A stretch of DNA of 52,793 nt, the filler included, from Catajapyx aquilonaris (lineage: Eukaryota): NCBI GenBank assembly GCA_000934665.2. It is 3 parts of 3 records of this genome, joined end to end, with 100 filler letters (N's around TTAATTAATTAA, not from the genome) between each part and the next. Parts side by side here need not be neighbours in the genome. Positions count along the whole stretch, not along the records: positions 1 to 17,537 come from JYFJ02006921.1; 2 more parts are not named here. One strand, 5' to 3'. The position numbers and the translations under genes were made by a program. A model generated the notes under the pieces. That model was not told where the DNA came from and did no database searches. It worked only from the letters and a program-made list of their open reading frames with translations. The stretch's first letter is position 1. Each line of letters opens with the position of its first letter. This document shows, piece after piece, positions 1-11,544 of the stretch.

Positions 1-239
1 TGCAGTGTTGTAGTACATTGCTGAGTGATGAGGCCAGTTGTTTGGGGCTAAAATATGTTGTTATCACCATTGTACATCCCTGATAAATTGCTCGCGAATA
101 AATGCAGCTTTATTGCTTTTTATCCGGAATTTATGTACACTTTGGCAAGATGCTTAAACCTGTGAGACTGACCCTCTCTTCTTCTTGTGGAGTGTGTATT
201 TCAGCGTTTGCCAAGTATTCAGGCATGGAGCATGTAGTA

Positions 240-649
240 CAGTGCTGGACATACTAGCTGTCGCTGAATGTCTTTTTCCGGCGGCGGCGTTACCTGGTCA
301 CCCTGTCCGGCTGGCCAATTCAAACATCAGCCCATGGAGAGCGCTTCCATTGTTGCCACTGTTTACAAATCGAGTGAGTGACCCCAAAATGACTTCTTGC
401 TTCTCAGTTCTAACATCATTATTTTCTCCGTTTTTTCCTGCGTATATCTCTGCAGATACTGTGTAAGCAGGCAGAAGAGACCCGTCGCTGGGTCATCTGC
501 GTCACTCATTCGATTTGTAAACAGTGGCAACAATGAAAGCGCTCTCCATGGGCTGATGTTTGAATTGGCCCGCCGGACAGGGTTGCCAGGTAACAACGCC
601 GCCGCCGCCGGAAAAAAACATTCAGCGACGGCTAATATGTCCAGCACTG
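240..649. mobile_element. MITE (Tc1/mariner/pogo-type), copy 1, long TIRs
   Basis: TA|CAGTGCTGGACA...TGTCCAGCACTG|TA; ~140-bp imperfect inverted arms; a paralogous empty site lies at ~16275-16430. Confidence 0.85.
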
Positions 650-1070
650 TACTGTACCAGCTGTCCCAAGAGCATTTAATGGTCAATTGCATTTAACACC
701 ACCTTCTTTAGCAGCGGGAAGGGGGAACTATGAATGGTAGCCTGAAGTCTGGTGTATGAGAAGAGGAACGTGCATTGGTTGCGTCTCATTGGGTGTTGTT
801 AGAAGGATTGTTCGTTCCATCTGGGACAGATTGTTGGAGGTGAGTGTTGGGTGAGGGATTGTTTTGTTGACTGATCAGAAGCAAGACTGAAAGGGTTGGT
901 TGGCTGTCAGGAGGGTGACGTGATCAAGTCTTGCTTGCAGGATTCATTACTAATATTGAGAGGGCACTTCCTCGCAGGCAGGGTTGCTGTGTCCTTATCT
1001 TCATTATTTCCATCCGCTGCTGCCACCCATTTTCCTCCGACTTGCCACTGCATTTGTGAGGCAAGATTTA

Positions 1071-1516
1071 CAGTGCTGGGGACGCAGTAGCCGTATCTGA
1101 ATGGTTTTTTTTTTCTTCGGCGACAGCGCACGTTACCTGGCAACCCAGGCCAGCGGGCCAATTCAAACATCAGGTTATGGAGAGTGCTTAGTGTTCTTTC
1201 CATTGTTGCCACGGTTTACAAAGAGCGAGTGGGTCTCTTCTCCAGGGATACGCAGGAAAACACGAAAAACAATGATGTTAGAAGCAATCCACTTTGGGAA
1301 AATTATCCCAGGACTCAAAGAAAGGTTTTCGTCCACAGCAAATGAAATTTATTCCACCCCTGAGGAGGGTGTGTCAATTAAGATCAGGGGTGTGCTAATT
1401 GAAAGGGCGTCAACTGACGGATTATTTCAGTTCTTGTGTCTTTTCCGCATACTTCGACACCTCTACCGCTGCCACCGGAGAAAAACATTCAGAGACGGCT
1501 AATGTGTCCAGCACTG
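1071..1516. mobile_element. MITE, same family as 240-649, copy 2 (right arm shortened)
   Basis: TA|CAGTGCTGGG...TCCAGCACTG|TA; internal sequence homologous to copy 1 (ggccaattcaaacatcag, ccattgttgccac). Confidence 0.8.
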
Positions 1517-1570
1517 TACATGTTTAACCCCTGACACCTGTAGAATCATTTGTAATATACAGCCAAACTA

Positions 1571-1676
1571 CAGGGTGACCCCCAAAAGACTGGGCACATG
1601 GGTAATAGTATTGCATTGTTGCAAACAACAATACAACACAATATTACCTATATGTCGACACTTTAGAGTCACCCTG
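1571..1676. mobile_element. Small Tc1/mariner-type MITE
   Basis: TA|CAGGGTGAC...GTCACCCTG|TA termini with imperfectly palindromic interior. Confidence 0.65.
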
Positions 1677-2164
1677 TATAGTAGTGGCAACTATTGGGCA
1701 GCTCAAGGGGTCTTCTGTCTGCTATTGTGTTGAGTGTAAAGAGGAAAACTCTGGCGATTGACAGATAATCTGTGAAGGAGGCTGTAGCCTTAAGACCTAT
1801 CACATGCTCCCCTGAAAAGTAACTTGGAGTTGGGCATTATTATTGCCATTTTGTTGCTGGCTGGTTGTTGGAAATAGTCTGGTGCATGAATTGTTGCGGG
1901 AAGGAGGGAGGGGAGGTGAAGGGGACAGTGTGAAATTGTCCATGTTGGACTTTATTTGGTCCATTCCAATGATACAACTCACTGCCAGGTGCAGGTGTGT
2001 AGGTCTGGACTAGGGTAAGTACTTGTGAGGTACACACGTTGAAGCTTGGTATCCATTAAAATTGGGGTTGGCTTGAAGGAATTACACTGGTCTTGCTTTC
2101 CCTTTTCAGGGTGGTGCACAGTTGCGTCACAGGACAGAGGGAGTGCCCCCATCCTATACCATCC

Positions 2165-2533
2165 ATGGACATGCTGAAGTTGGGAAAATTTTCTTGCCCT
2201 CACTGTCCCAAGAAGGTCCTGATAAGGAGGCTTGATCTGGCACACAACACCACCCATTTGAAGTGGGACAGTGTCAAGGTGGAGGTCAAGGAGGAGCCAG
2301 AGGAGGAGGAGGAGGAGGAGGAGGAGGAGGGCCGAGGAGGTCAGGCTGCCATGGAGGGGGTCAAGGAGGAGCCAAGGGATGAGGATGGCAGCTCTGGCCA
2401 GGAAGGTGACCTCTGTGGGGCAGCAGCAGAGGAGGAGGGGGAGGGCAGAGGGAGGCATCATGCAGACACTGCTCCTTCAGCAAGGGAGGAGGAGTCAATC
2501 GATGGAAGTGGAGATGCCGGCAGGCCTAATCAG
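2165..2533 (+). CDS. Zinc-finger gene, upstream coding exon: atypical CxxC...H..H motif plus acidic VKEE/poly-E region
   Basis: Acceptor ttttcag at 2109, in-frame ATG 2165, FSCPHCPKK...H...H, VKVEVKEEPEEEE; donor cag|gtgaga at 2533 is phase 0 and matches the phase-0 acceptor at 4698. Confidence 0.65.
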
Positions 2534-4698
2534 GTGAGAAGAAGAGTGCACATGCATGATGGGGTAATAACTTGTCGGGAAAGGTTGGACAAAATCATCA
2601 AACCGTGTGTGGTTTTGTTTAGTGAAATACCCGTAGTTTTTGGTAGGATCCACTCACTCAGTGCTCATGGATATTGTCATTATTCAGAAATTAGCCTGTG
2701 CAATGGGGGATTCCGCATCAACAAGGCCACTCTTTACCGAGAACAGAGTTTGTGTTTCTGTACAAGACATAGGTTGTAAAACTACAGACTGCAAAATATG
2801 TTGGAGGGGTATACTTGCTCCATGATACCTCGTTTCCACTAGGGTGGGAGCTATATCTACACTGACGTAGATCACCCATGATTCAGATCAGCCCAGCCCA
2901 TGGACACTTCTATCCCAGCGCAATAGAAAAGGCCGATCCGTTATTCCATCCCGCAGCGGCGCTAGTAAAACAATGGAATCTCGCTGTGCGTGTCGTTCAT
3001 TCGCCATAACAACTAGCGACCTTCCTCCCGATTACTAGGTTTATCAGCGACCCCCCTCCCGATTACTACCGATCACGGTCTTAGCTACCGATAGCGTATA
3101 CCAAGATGGCCGCAATATGGAGATGTTCACGATCCAGGTCACATCATGGCCACCTCCAGTCAGCGCCACGGCGGGATTGAGTAACGGAACGCAAGATGGC
3201 GGCGAGTTTCCCGACCTCTCCTTCTAAGACCGTAGATCAGCCCAACTAGTCAGTGTGTGCAGTATGATCCAGAAAAAAGTTACCAGATGAATGAAAGGAA
3301 AACTGTAAAATTAACATTGTTTATCTTTAAAATTCTATTTGACGGGGGGTTGTGGAAAAATGTGACAACCCTCACTTGGGTCATTTTTGACCTGAACACC
3401 TAGAAACTATGTAAATGACATGACAAACTTGGGCATACTCCAAGTTCACGTATCATGCACGAGATGGCAACACAGACTAGATCAGATGAGACTGCATTCC
3501 CAACGATTTGTGAAGTGAATACAAACTTAAATCTGCTGTCCTGAAAATTTGCAATTTTGTGGGTTGTCACGTTTTTCCACCACACCCCTATTTTTTTGAC
3601 ACAAGTATTTATCTTACATTAATGGACACAGATGTCCACCAAATGCATATTTAAAGTGCAATGTGAAGGTACCCACCCTTCATCTGGCAAAAGCACCATT
3701 TAAGGACAGAAAGAGGGGGAGGGGCAGTGGAGGCGGGTCGTTTATCCACCTCTCTCCTGTTCCTGAACAACATCAGTGCTTGTTGCGGGGCCCTCACTCT
3801 GTGATCTGGATAGCGAGCTCCAGTGGAGACGAGGTATAAGGTGTCACTTGGAGTACCACATTTCTCAGAAGATCATGTTACCTCTTAAAGTGTGCATTTG
3901 AAAGGTATTTTCACTCCCTGTGTTTCACTCCCCGCATGTAGCTCTTTTCTTTCGTACCTATAAAGGTCGGTGTAGTCCGGTAGGGTCTCCAACACGCAAT
4001 TATGGGCCGCTGGGGCGAAAACGGGCGTGGTGCCTTATCTGAATTTGAAGAGTGTTGTCGCAAGGACATTCCCACCAAAGTTGAGGCTTTTATCACCAGT
4101 GCACTGTTGACCGCGGTTGATCCTTTTTTTCGTCTGCGAAAAACATGCAAGCAACAATAAACGCCAAATTCATCGATTGCATCGTACCATAGCCCTACTA
4201 ATTATTTTAGTAGAGAAATACAACTGCCATAATTTTACTAATGTCCTTTCCAAGTTTACCCATGAAAGGGTTAAATACCTCTGCATTTCTATTTTTTATC
4301 GCTCTTTTCATTGTGAACAGTCTGTACTCTCAATGTGCAACTGGCTTGCTCATGTTGTATTCTGCAGCTCTCGAACAGACTGTCCAACGAATGCCCTTGA
4401 CATACAGATTTTTCGGAGCCCCAATATGTCTCCTCACTGACCCAAGGAAAGAAAAGTGTAAGCATCCGATTTCACCCCATGAGTCCTATTTCATCCCACG
4501 AGTCCGAAGTCGCCCCATTTTACGCTATCTATCAGTATTACAGTCATGCACATAATTTCATAAAAAAAACTAGGATGAAGGAGAAAAGTGGGCCGCTGCA
4601 TATAGATTACCTGAGTAAATAATATTTTATGGCAAGTATTCAAAGTCCAATACACCATTCCTGGCCTTCCTGCACTTACGTGGTGTCATTCATTTCAG

Positions 4699-5586
4699 GA
4701 AGAAGGTGCTGAAGAGACCATGAAGAAAATGATACACTTGGTGGGGAATGGTTGTCAGATTTGCAAGAGGACATTTAAGTCTCTGAGGAATTTGAAGACT
4801 CACATGAGAAGCCATTCTGGTGAAAAGTCGTTCAGCTGCCAAGTTTGCAACAGGAAGTTTAGGCAAGCTTGTGATGTGACGGAACACATGCGAACCCATG
4901 CAGGGGAGAAGCCATATTGTTGCGAGGTTTGCAAGAAGTTGTTTAGTCAATCAAGACAATTGAATGTGCACATGCGAACCCACACAGGGGAGAAGCCATA
5001 TTGTTGCGAGGTCTGCAAAAAGAAATTTAGTCAATCAGGACATTTGAATGTGCACAAGCGAACCCACACAGGGGAGAAGCCATATTGTTGCGAGGTTTGC
5101 AAGAAGAAGTTTAGTCAATCAAGACAATTGAATGTGCACATGCGAACCCACACAGGGGAGAAGCCACATTGTTGCGAGGTTTGCGAAAAGAAGTTTAGTC
5201 AATCAGGAGATTTGAATAGGCACATGCGAACCCACACAGGGGAGAAGCCATATTGTTGCGAGGTTTGCAAGAAGAAATTTAGTCAATCAGGATATTTGAA
5301 TACACACATGCGAACTCACACAGGGGAGAAGCCACATTGTTGCGAGGTTTGCAAAAAGAAGTTTAGTCAATCAGGACATTTGAATGTGCACAAGCGAACC
5401 CACACAGGGGAAAACCCACATTGTTGCGAGGTTTGCAAGAAAAAGTTTAGTGATTCAGGAAGTTTGAATAGGCACATGCGAACCCACGCAGGGGAGAAGC
5501 CACATTGTTGCGAGGTTTGCAAGAAGAAGTTTAGTCAATCAGGATATTTGAATACACACATGCGAATTCACACAGGGGAGAAGTAG
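4699..5586 (+). CDS. C2H2 zinc-finger protein, terminal exon with 10 tandem fingers
   Basis: Acceptor catttcag at 4698; ten CxxC-x12-HxxxH fingers with TGEKP linkers; stop directly after the last TGEK. Confidence 0.92.
   Translation, partial: EEGAEETMKKMIHLVGNGCQICKRTFKSLRNLKTHMRSHSGEKSFSCQVCNRKFRQACDVTEHMRTHAGEKPYCCEVCKKLFSQSRQLNVHMRTHTGEKPYCCEVCKKKFSQSGHLNVHKRTHTGEKPYCCEVCKKKFSQSRQLNVHMRTHTGEKPHCCEVCEKKFSQSGDLNRHMRTHTGEKPYCCEVCKKKFSQSGYLNTHMRTHTGEKPHCCEVCKKKFSQSGHLNVHKRTHTGENPHCCEVCKKKFSDSGSLNRHMRTHAGEKPHCCEVCKKKFSQSGYLNTHMRIHTGEK
4906..5583 (+). repeat. 84-bp coding minisatellite (fingers 3-10)
   Basis: Eight near-identical units gagaagcca(t/c)attgttgcgaggtttgcaagaagaagtttagtcaatca...cacatgcgaacccacacaggg. 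Confidence 0.9.
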
Positions 5587-7672
5587 TCCATCAGCTTAGT
5601 GTTGATTTTTGACAGAATTGCGCGTTTCGTGTCGAAAGTGATTTTTTATTATTATTATTTTTCTCGCTGTGTTCTAGACACCATACGGAGGATTTTGAGG
5701 GTTCGGTTGGAGCCACCTTCCAAAGTTTCGGGTTAATTTTTTACAGACACTCAAAGTTTTGAACCTGGCGTAAGTGAAAATGGCATGTTATCGGGGTATC
5801 TGTGGGGCTACTGTGGTTGTTTTGGTATCATGCTGAACATGCTAGCAAAGGACAATCTGGGACAATCAATAATAACCATACATGGAGTCATTTTGTGCTG
5901 AGCTGCATATTTGGAATAAGTTATGATGTGTGAAAGTGCCAAAGATTTATTATTTCCATATACAGTACAATGGGATTTAGTCAGCAATCACATGCAATGG
6001 CATATAAGTCTGAAATCTGTTTTATTATACCATATCCACATGATAAAACTGTTATACTTTTTTTTTTACACATAAGCAGTTCACTTTTTAATGAATGGTT
6101 TATACATAACCGCCTGGCGAATAGCGGAATAGGAAGCCTAGGTAAGTGACAGATGGTAAAATCACCCCTGCTCCAGTATACAGTGTCTTCCTATATGTGT
6201 GGGAAGTTGATGCTGCGTAATGAAAAGCATCATGTTTTCCCACCTAGGGGCCCAATAAATGGTTTTTCTGGAGGGCGAAAGGAAAAAATAACCAGTCCTA
6301 TCTCAAGTTCTATCTGCAACCCGGACGTAATGTCAATTCAATATTATTTTGTATATTTTGTTATCATGATTATGTTACCTACTACGTTATACCTAATAAA
6401 AATATGCGTTGTAAGTAAGAATACATAATAATTATGTACAATGTTTAATAATTATTATTGTTATATCCTAGTTCCTAGGTGTTTTCATACAATCATGACC
6501 TTGATCATGATAGTAATGTGCCTTTCAAGTGACTCCGGCCAGCAGTCATGCGGGATTAAAAGTTTGAGTCATCTTGTTGAATGGTGGAGTGACTTATCTC
6601 TGTTGGACATCACAAAAGACAAATGATATACAAGTGTCAGAAGCTCTGTCTGAAGCCAACCCACGAGAAGATGGTTCGAAAATTCAGCTTTAAATTCTCC
6701 GAACCTGAAAGGCTGCCAACTTAGCCACCTTTCGAATATTTGCATAAGTTTTATATTGCGTGTTTGGTTTGACGTTAACATAAATCACCCTCATACCCAC
6801 GAATAATTGAGTGATATGTCAAGGCCGAACAAGGTCATGGGTGACCTCTGTCCCTGATCTGTTTTTATGCCTTTTGGTATTTTGTGCTATACTTGGTTAC
6901 TGATAGGGTAAAGACGATAAGCAATAATCTCATAGAATTTGATCTACCCCTCTGATGCCGGGGATTTTATGAGATGCATCACTTTGTGTAAAATTGGAGA
7001 ATAAATTTTACCATCTGTTAAATCGTTGATTTATTTTGAATGGTGCAATGCGGTCTTAGGACATACCATAATCTTGCGAAATAGTGGGTGCATTATTTTG
7101 TATTAAACATTTTAAAAAGTTGTTCCTTTTGAAGGTAATGCGACAGGGCTGTGATGCTGTGTGCACAGTACATACCTTGGTGTTCCTACAAATAACCTTG
7201 ATTTACCAAATGCTGAAAACTCATTTCTGACGTTTCGGGATTTATTGCACTAGCTGTTTCGTCCACTAGCAGACAATAATATGATTACTACTACACCTTC
7301 ATTAGTGGCGTAATTTGAAAGTATTGGACAGGAAATTAGGGACCCTTCTTGCAATGTGAAATAATGATTAGTACGAGAATATCTACATTGCAAATATGTC
7401 GGTTTATTTATGCCCTCAGACACATACAATCCATACACAATAATCATCCTGATGGAATGAGATGGTAACACAAGCAATGACGACCATAATGAGATAAAAA
7501 AGTTTTTACTGTATCACACTCGAAACAGCAACTTGGCATAATAATGTTGAATAAGTGATACTTTGCATTTATTCAAAAATATCCAAAATGTTCACATTCA
7601 TTACGTAGTTTTCCGAATTCAGAACCCGGATGAATCCTGAAAACCTTCTAAACCTTGAACAGTACAGTCATA

Positions 7673-8996
7673 TTACTGCCTGGTAAATAATACCATGAAA
7701 GTGGCCACAGCACCAAACGCAACCAAATGGATCATGGCATTGCTCATGCTCTCGTACATCTCAATTTCCTTGCACGACACTGCCTTCACGTTGATTCCGT
7801 TTCGCTTCAAGGTGTTCAGTCCAGATCGGGTGATGCGATGGCACCTGGTCAGCACCACCTCGCAGAGTGACACGCATCCGGACATAGCTTCCAGGCAGGA
7901 GTCGTCCAGGCTCCTGCAGAGGCCGCACAGCTCCAGGGTCTTCAGCTGGAGAAGGATTGGCGGCCTGGAGAAGAAGTGCTGGATAGCTGTGCTGGATAGC
8001 CCGTTGGAGCCCTCCAGGGAAAACTGACGAAGACTGACCAACTTTCCTACACCTTCCAGGAGACCGTGGTCCGTGATTCTACTGTTGGGAAGTTCCAGAG
8101 ATTCCAGCCGCTGGAATTGTCCGAGGGAAGAGTAGGACCAAGGGAATAGAAGGCAGATGGAAAGGTGTCGAAGATGACCTGCTACGTTGGAGGTCAGCAG
8201 GGTCAGTTCAGCGTCGGCGGGACGGTCACGAGGCCAGAAGGTCACGCTTTGCAGTCTTCCCCATTGGCGTTCCAGGGTCTTGTCCAGCGGTGTGGTCAGG
8301 CCAGTCATGTCCAGGAAGATGCTTTCGAGGTGCGGACACTGAGCGAAGATGTCCAAGAAGTGGGGCATGCCTGGAGGAAACCGGCACAGGCGAATGTGGA
8401 CGTCCCTTAGCTGTCCGGATCGCTGGACGAGTCTGACCAGAGTGTCCATCCTCGCCACCTTGACTCCAACCATCTTGAGGGTGTCCAGTTTGGACACTGA
8501 GTTCAGAATGGCATCACACCTGACCCTGGACTTGACGCTGACCAAGATCAAACTACGCAACCTTCTGGCCATCCTGATGAGTCCGATTGCTTCTCTGATG
8601 TCCACCTTGTCCAGGTCCACCTCAACCTTCTTCCAGAGGACTGGATCTCGGGACAGTGTCGCCCATCTTGTGGACACAAGAGGCACGGTGTGCAGCAAAT
8701 CTTCTTGAGTCAGGTGTCCAAATATCTTCAGCACAAGCTCATCAGGTAGGATTTCGAATGCGTCGTCTCCAGCCTGGAACAAACACGTTGTCCACATTTA
8801 TTTTTTGCCACTACTTTTTAAAAAAAATAACAGACATACAATCAATATAATATAGTCGTAAATGACCATAGGACAGAGTTAGCGGTAACTTTAATCGCAT
8901 TTCTGCAAGCGTTTCAAAAATGCTACGCTGTCGTTAAGGAGGGTACTGTCCGAATATTGCATTTCTTACCTTCTTATTCTGTGAGATGCCCATCAT
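7673..8996 (-). CDS. F-box/LRR protein A with hydrophobic C-terminal tail; exons 8996-8970 and 8773-7673
   Basis: F-box LPDELVLKIFGHL...VPLVSTRW..LSRDPVLWKKV; AMN1-like LRRs (LDDSCLEAMSGCVSLCEVVLTRCHRIT); phase-0 GT-AG intron; ends MIHLVAFGAVATFMVLFTRQ*. Confidence 0.88.
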
Positions 8997-9420
8997 CGTC
9001 TCACAGGTACACTTGAAGCTTATTTTAAACGGCAACCAGCAAGCCAAAAGCGCAGGCCACACACAAGTCAACACTTGGAAAGGGCTAGACACACTTGGCC
9101 GAAGATATGCAAGCACAATCACCGCCCTCAGTCTCCAGAATAACAAGCATCAAGCACCGAGGGGTACCTATAGTCTCTCCTTCCAAAAATACTCCCCTAC
9201 CAACGCTGGGTTTGGCAATAGCAGACCCAAAAACCGGTTGCGAATCACGGCAATACTCCTCCCACCTCCACTTGCGACCTTCGACCTTTTTCGGCGACCA
9301 GAAGTGGGGAACAGGGGATTAGTCCGGGATTAGTCACCCTTGCTCCGAGCTCCAGTTTACAAATTGACAATATCAATAATAATATTATAAATAATTAGAT
9401 GTCTTGTGCGCTTCTTTCTC

Positions 9421-9453
9421 CGACCTCCATGCACACCTTGTGCATGGAGGTCG
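9421..9453. repeat. Perfect short hairpin
   Basis: cgacctccatgcaca-cct-tgtgcatggaggtcg (15-bp stem). Confidence 0.8.
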
Positions 9454-10202
9454 CCAGGTCGGGAAGAAACTCCGCATATAGAGAGCGGTCAGATATAAAT
9501 TGGAAATAATTTGAGCAGCCATAAAAAAAATATTGCTTTTAATATTGGTGAAACATTAGCGAGAGTCGTAAGGAGGCATGCGAGCAACAAGAAAATTTAA
9601 ATATAATAGGGAATATCTTGCTGGAATGTAATTCCATTGGATTAATTAGCTCACGCTGACGCCATGCTTTGAAATTATCCGAGATGTAGAGTACGCTACC
9701 TGTGAAATATGAGGGTCATTAATTTGTACTGAGATTAAGCAAATATTGGGATTGTTTATTTATATTTCATTTATATTTATGTTACCTCGTTGTATAGGGT
9801 GAGCCCTTTTGAGGGGACAGCTCTGGGTATACAAGAGAACTGATGTGATTTTACATAAAACAATCAAAAATTATTTACAATTATATATCGGGATTATATA
9901 CCGATATGTGTAGTCCTATTCACCATAGAAAACGGAGGCGACAAGGCGATCTCCCCCCNCCCCCCCCTACATTGGCCATTAGGACTCAAGGAGGTTCCAA
10001 AAATAAATGTGTAGTCCTATTCACAACAGATAACGAGATTTTAATTTTCAAACAACCGGCCGCGTCCTTAACATAAATTCCTGCCCCCAAAAGCACTTTT
10101 GCATTTGAAGGTCACTGTCTTGGTCACTGTAGTGAGTGCTGACCAAAATAACCCAACCCCTCCCCCCTCCAGGAAAAGGTGACTTTTGCGGATTAGTAGG
10201 AG

Positions 10203-10532
10203 TCAAAACTTGCTGGTTTCACAATCACTTTCACTTATGGAATCAACTGGTTTTGGCGTCGGTTCAGTACACCAAGAGAAAGAGGGTGGCTCATCATCTG
10301 CTAGTACATTCTGTCTGGTGATCATCCAGGGTCCAGTTGGTCGTACGTCGTACTCTTTCAATCCGTCCCACAGCTCGAAGAGATCCGAGGAGACATCCGG
10401 AGGAACAACGCCTTTTGGAGCTGTTGGTAAGTAATTATTGCATTCTTGAATTTTGCATGTAATTAGCGGTCGCATGAAAGGGTCAGACGCGATCGAGACG
10501 TGTATGATCGATTCGGTCAGGTGGGAAGACAT
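10203..10532 (-). CDS. Possible small intronless ORF (109 aa), unknown function
   Basis: Open frame MSSHLTES...ETSKF in a CpG-rich patch flanked by AT-rich DNA; no recognisable domain. Confidence 0.25.
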   Translation of the reverse strand: MSSHLTESIIHVSIASDPFMRPLITCKIQECNNYLPTAPKGVVPPDVSSDLFELWDGLKEYDVRPTGPWMITRQNVLADDEPPSFSWCTEPTPKPVDSISESDCETSKF

Positions 10533-11544
10533 CGTAACCGCGTCTTGATCGCGTCTAGATAATGCGCCATATAAGTTACGTCTCAAGGTGTGTCCGCGGC
10601 TCTCAATAGTGAGAATTCAGTTGTAGTTTTTTTTTTTTAATGTGTAAATTAATTATTCTGAAAATAAATATAATTTGCAATCTTACGACGTTTCATTGGT
10701 GAATGGCAATTTGATTTTGGTTGAGCCAGTTTTATGAACGCGGCCGCGTCAATCTTGCTTTGTTAGCGGCTGGACATTAATTGTTGGGTAATTGTTGAAA
10801 ATAATATTGTTGCCACTGTGACGTCAGTATTCAAGTTATAGATTGTAGCTATTATACTGTAGACTTATGGTGTGGTAGTACCGTGTGCTGCCAGTACTGG
10901 TGGTAATTTCGATTCTTGTAACTAGCCAGTGAGCATGCAGAGACTTGACGTGTTTATTGAGTCGAAAATGCAGGTAGGGGGTGGGGATTGCTTCGGGATT
11001 TCAACCCCAATTTGAAACAACCCTTTACCTTTCCCCCCCTCCTTTGCCCCTCCCCCCGAACGACTTGGCTTGGAAAACAAGAAAGATGACAATAGTAGAT
11101 ACCGTCTGGGTATTAGTCAGCTCTAAAAGCCGCCTGCCTCCAAAGGGAGAGACCGAGACTAATGGACTCGCCCGAGGAGCAATAACTGCAAAAGACTATG
11201 CGCAATGCTTAACAATAATAGGAAGCATTTTAAATTGAAATGTAACTCATGCGCAATACGTGTGTAGAAGCCTAATGAAACAACTGGTATAGCCTATTTC
11301 ATTATTAGGAAATGAATCGTGGCTCATTCAAACTGCTGCTTGTTTTCAGGAAGCACTTGCCATTTTATCCTCATTTTCTTTGCTTATTGAGAGTTTATTT
11401 AGAACGAAAGGATGATTAAATTGAAGATAAAATTAATTTAAGCTTGTGCTCTGGGCCTGGCGCCTGCATGCAGTGTCAGTTATATGAGCAATAATTAATA
11501 ATTTTATTGTTTCTTTACTTAGGTTGCTTGTCGGTGATTGCCAG

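Noticed and set aside
2860..3255. CpG-rich segment with CACTGAC...GTCAGTG ends, a 23-bp direct repeat and CAAGATGGC motifs in the ZF intron
   Set aside because: Termini too short and no clear TSD; cannot distinguish a TE remnant from a promoter-like sequence
4200..4475. Possible Penelope GIY-YIG remnant on minus; likewise hAT TTF-finger-like traces at ~43040-43210
   Set aside because: Key residues not convincingly present; multiple stops
4906..5583. Regular repeats with variable interiors resembling a CRISPR array
   Set aside because: In-frame 84-bp C2H2 finger units in a eukaryotic gene; no unique spacers and no cas genes
7695..8850. Antisense or overlapping ORFs over the F-box, pol and AAGAB coding regions
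   Set aside because: Shadow ORFs of GC-rich coding strands with no domain features
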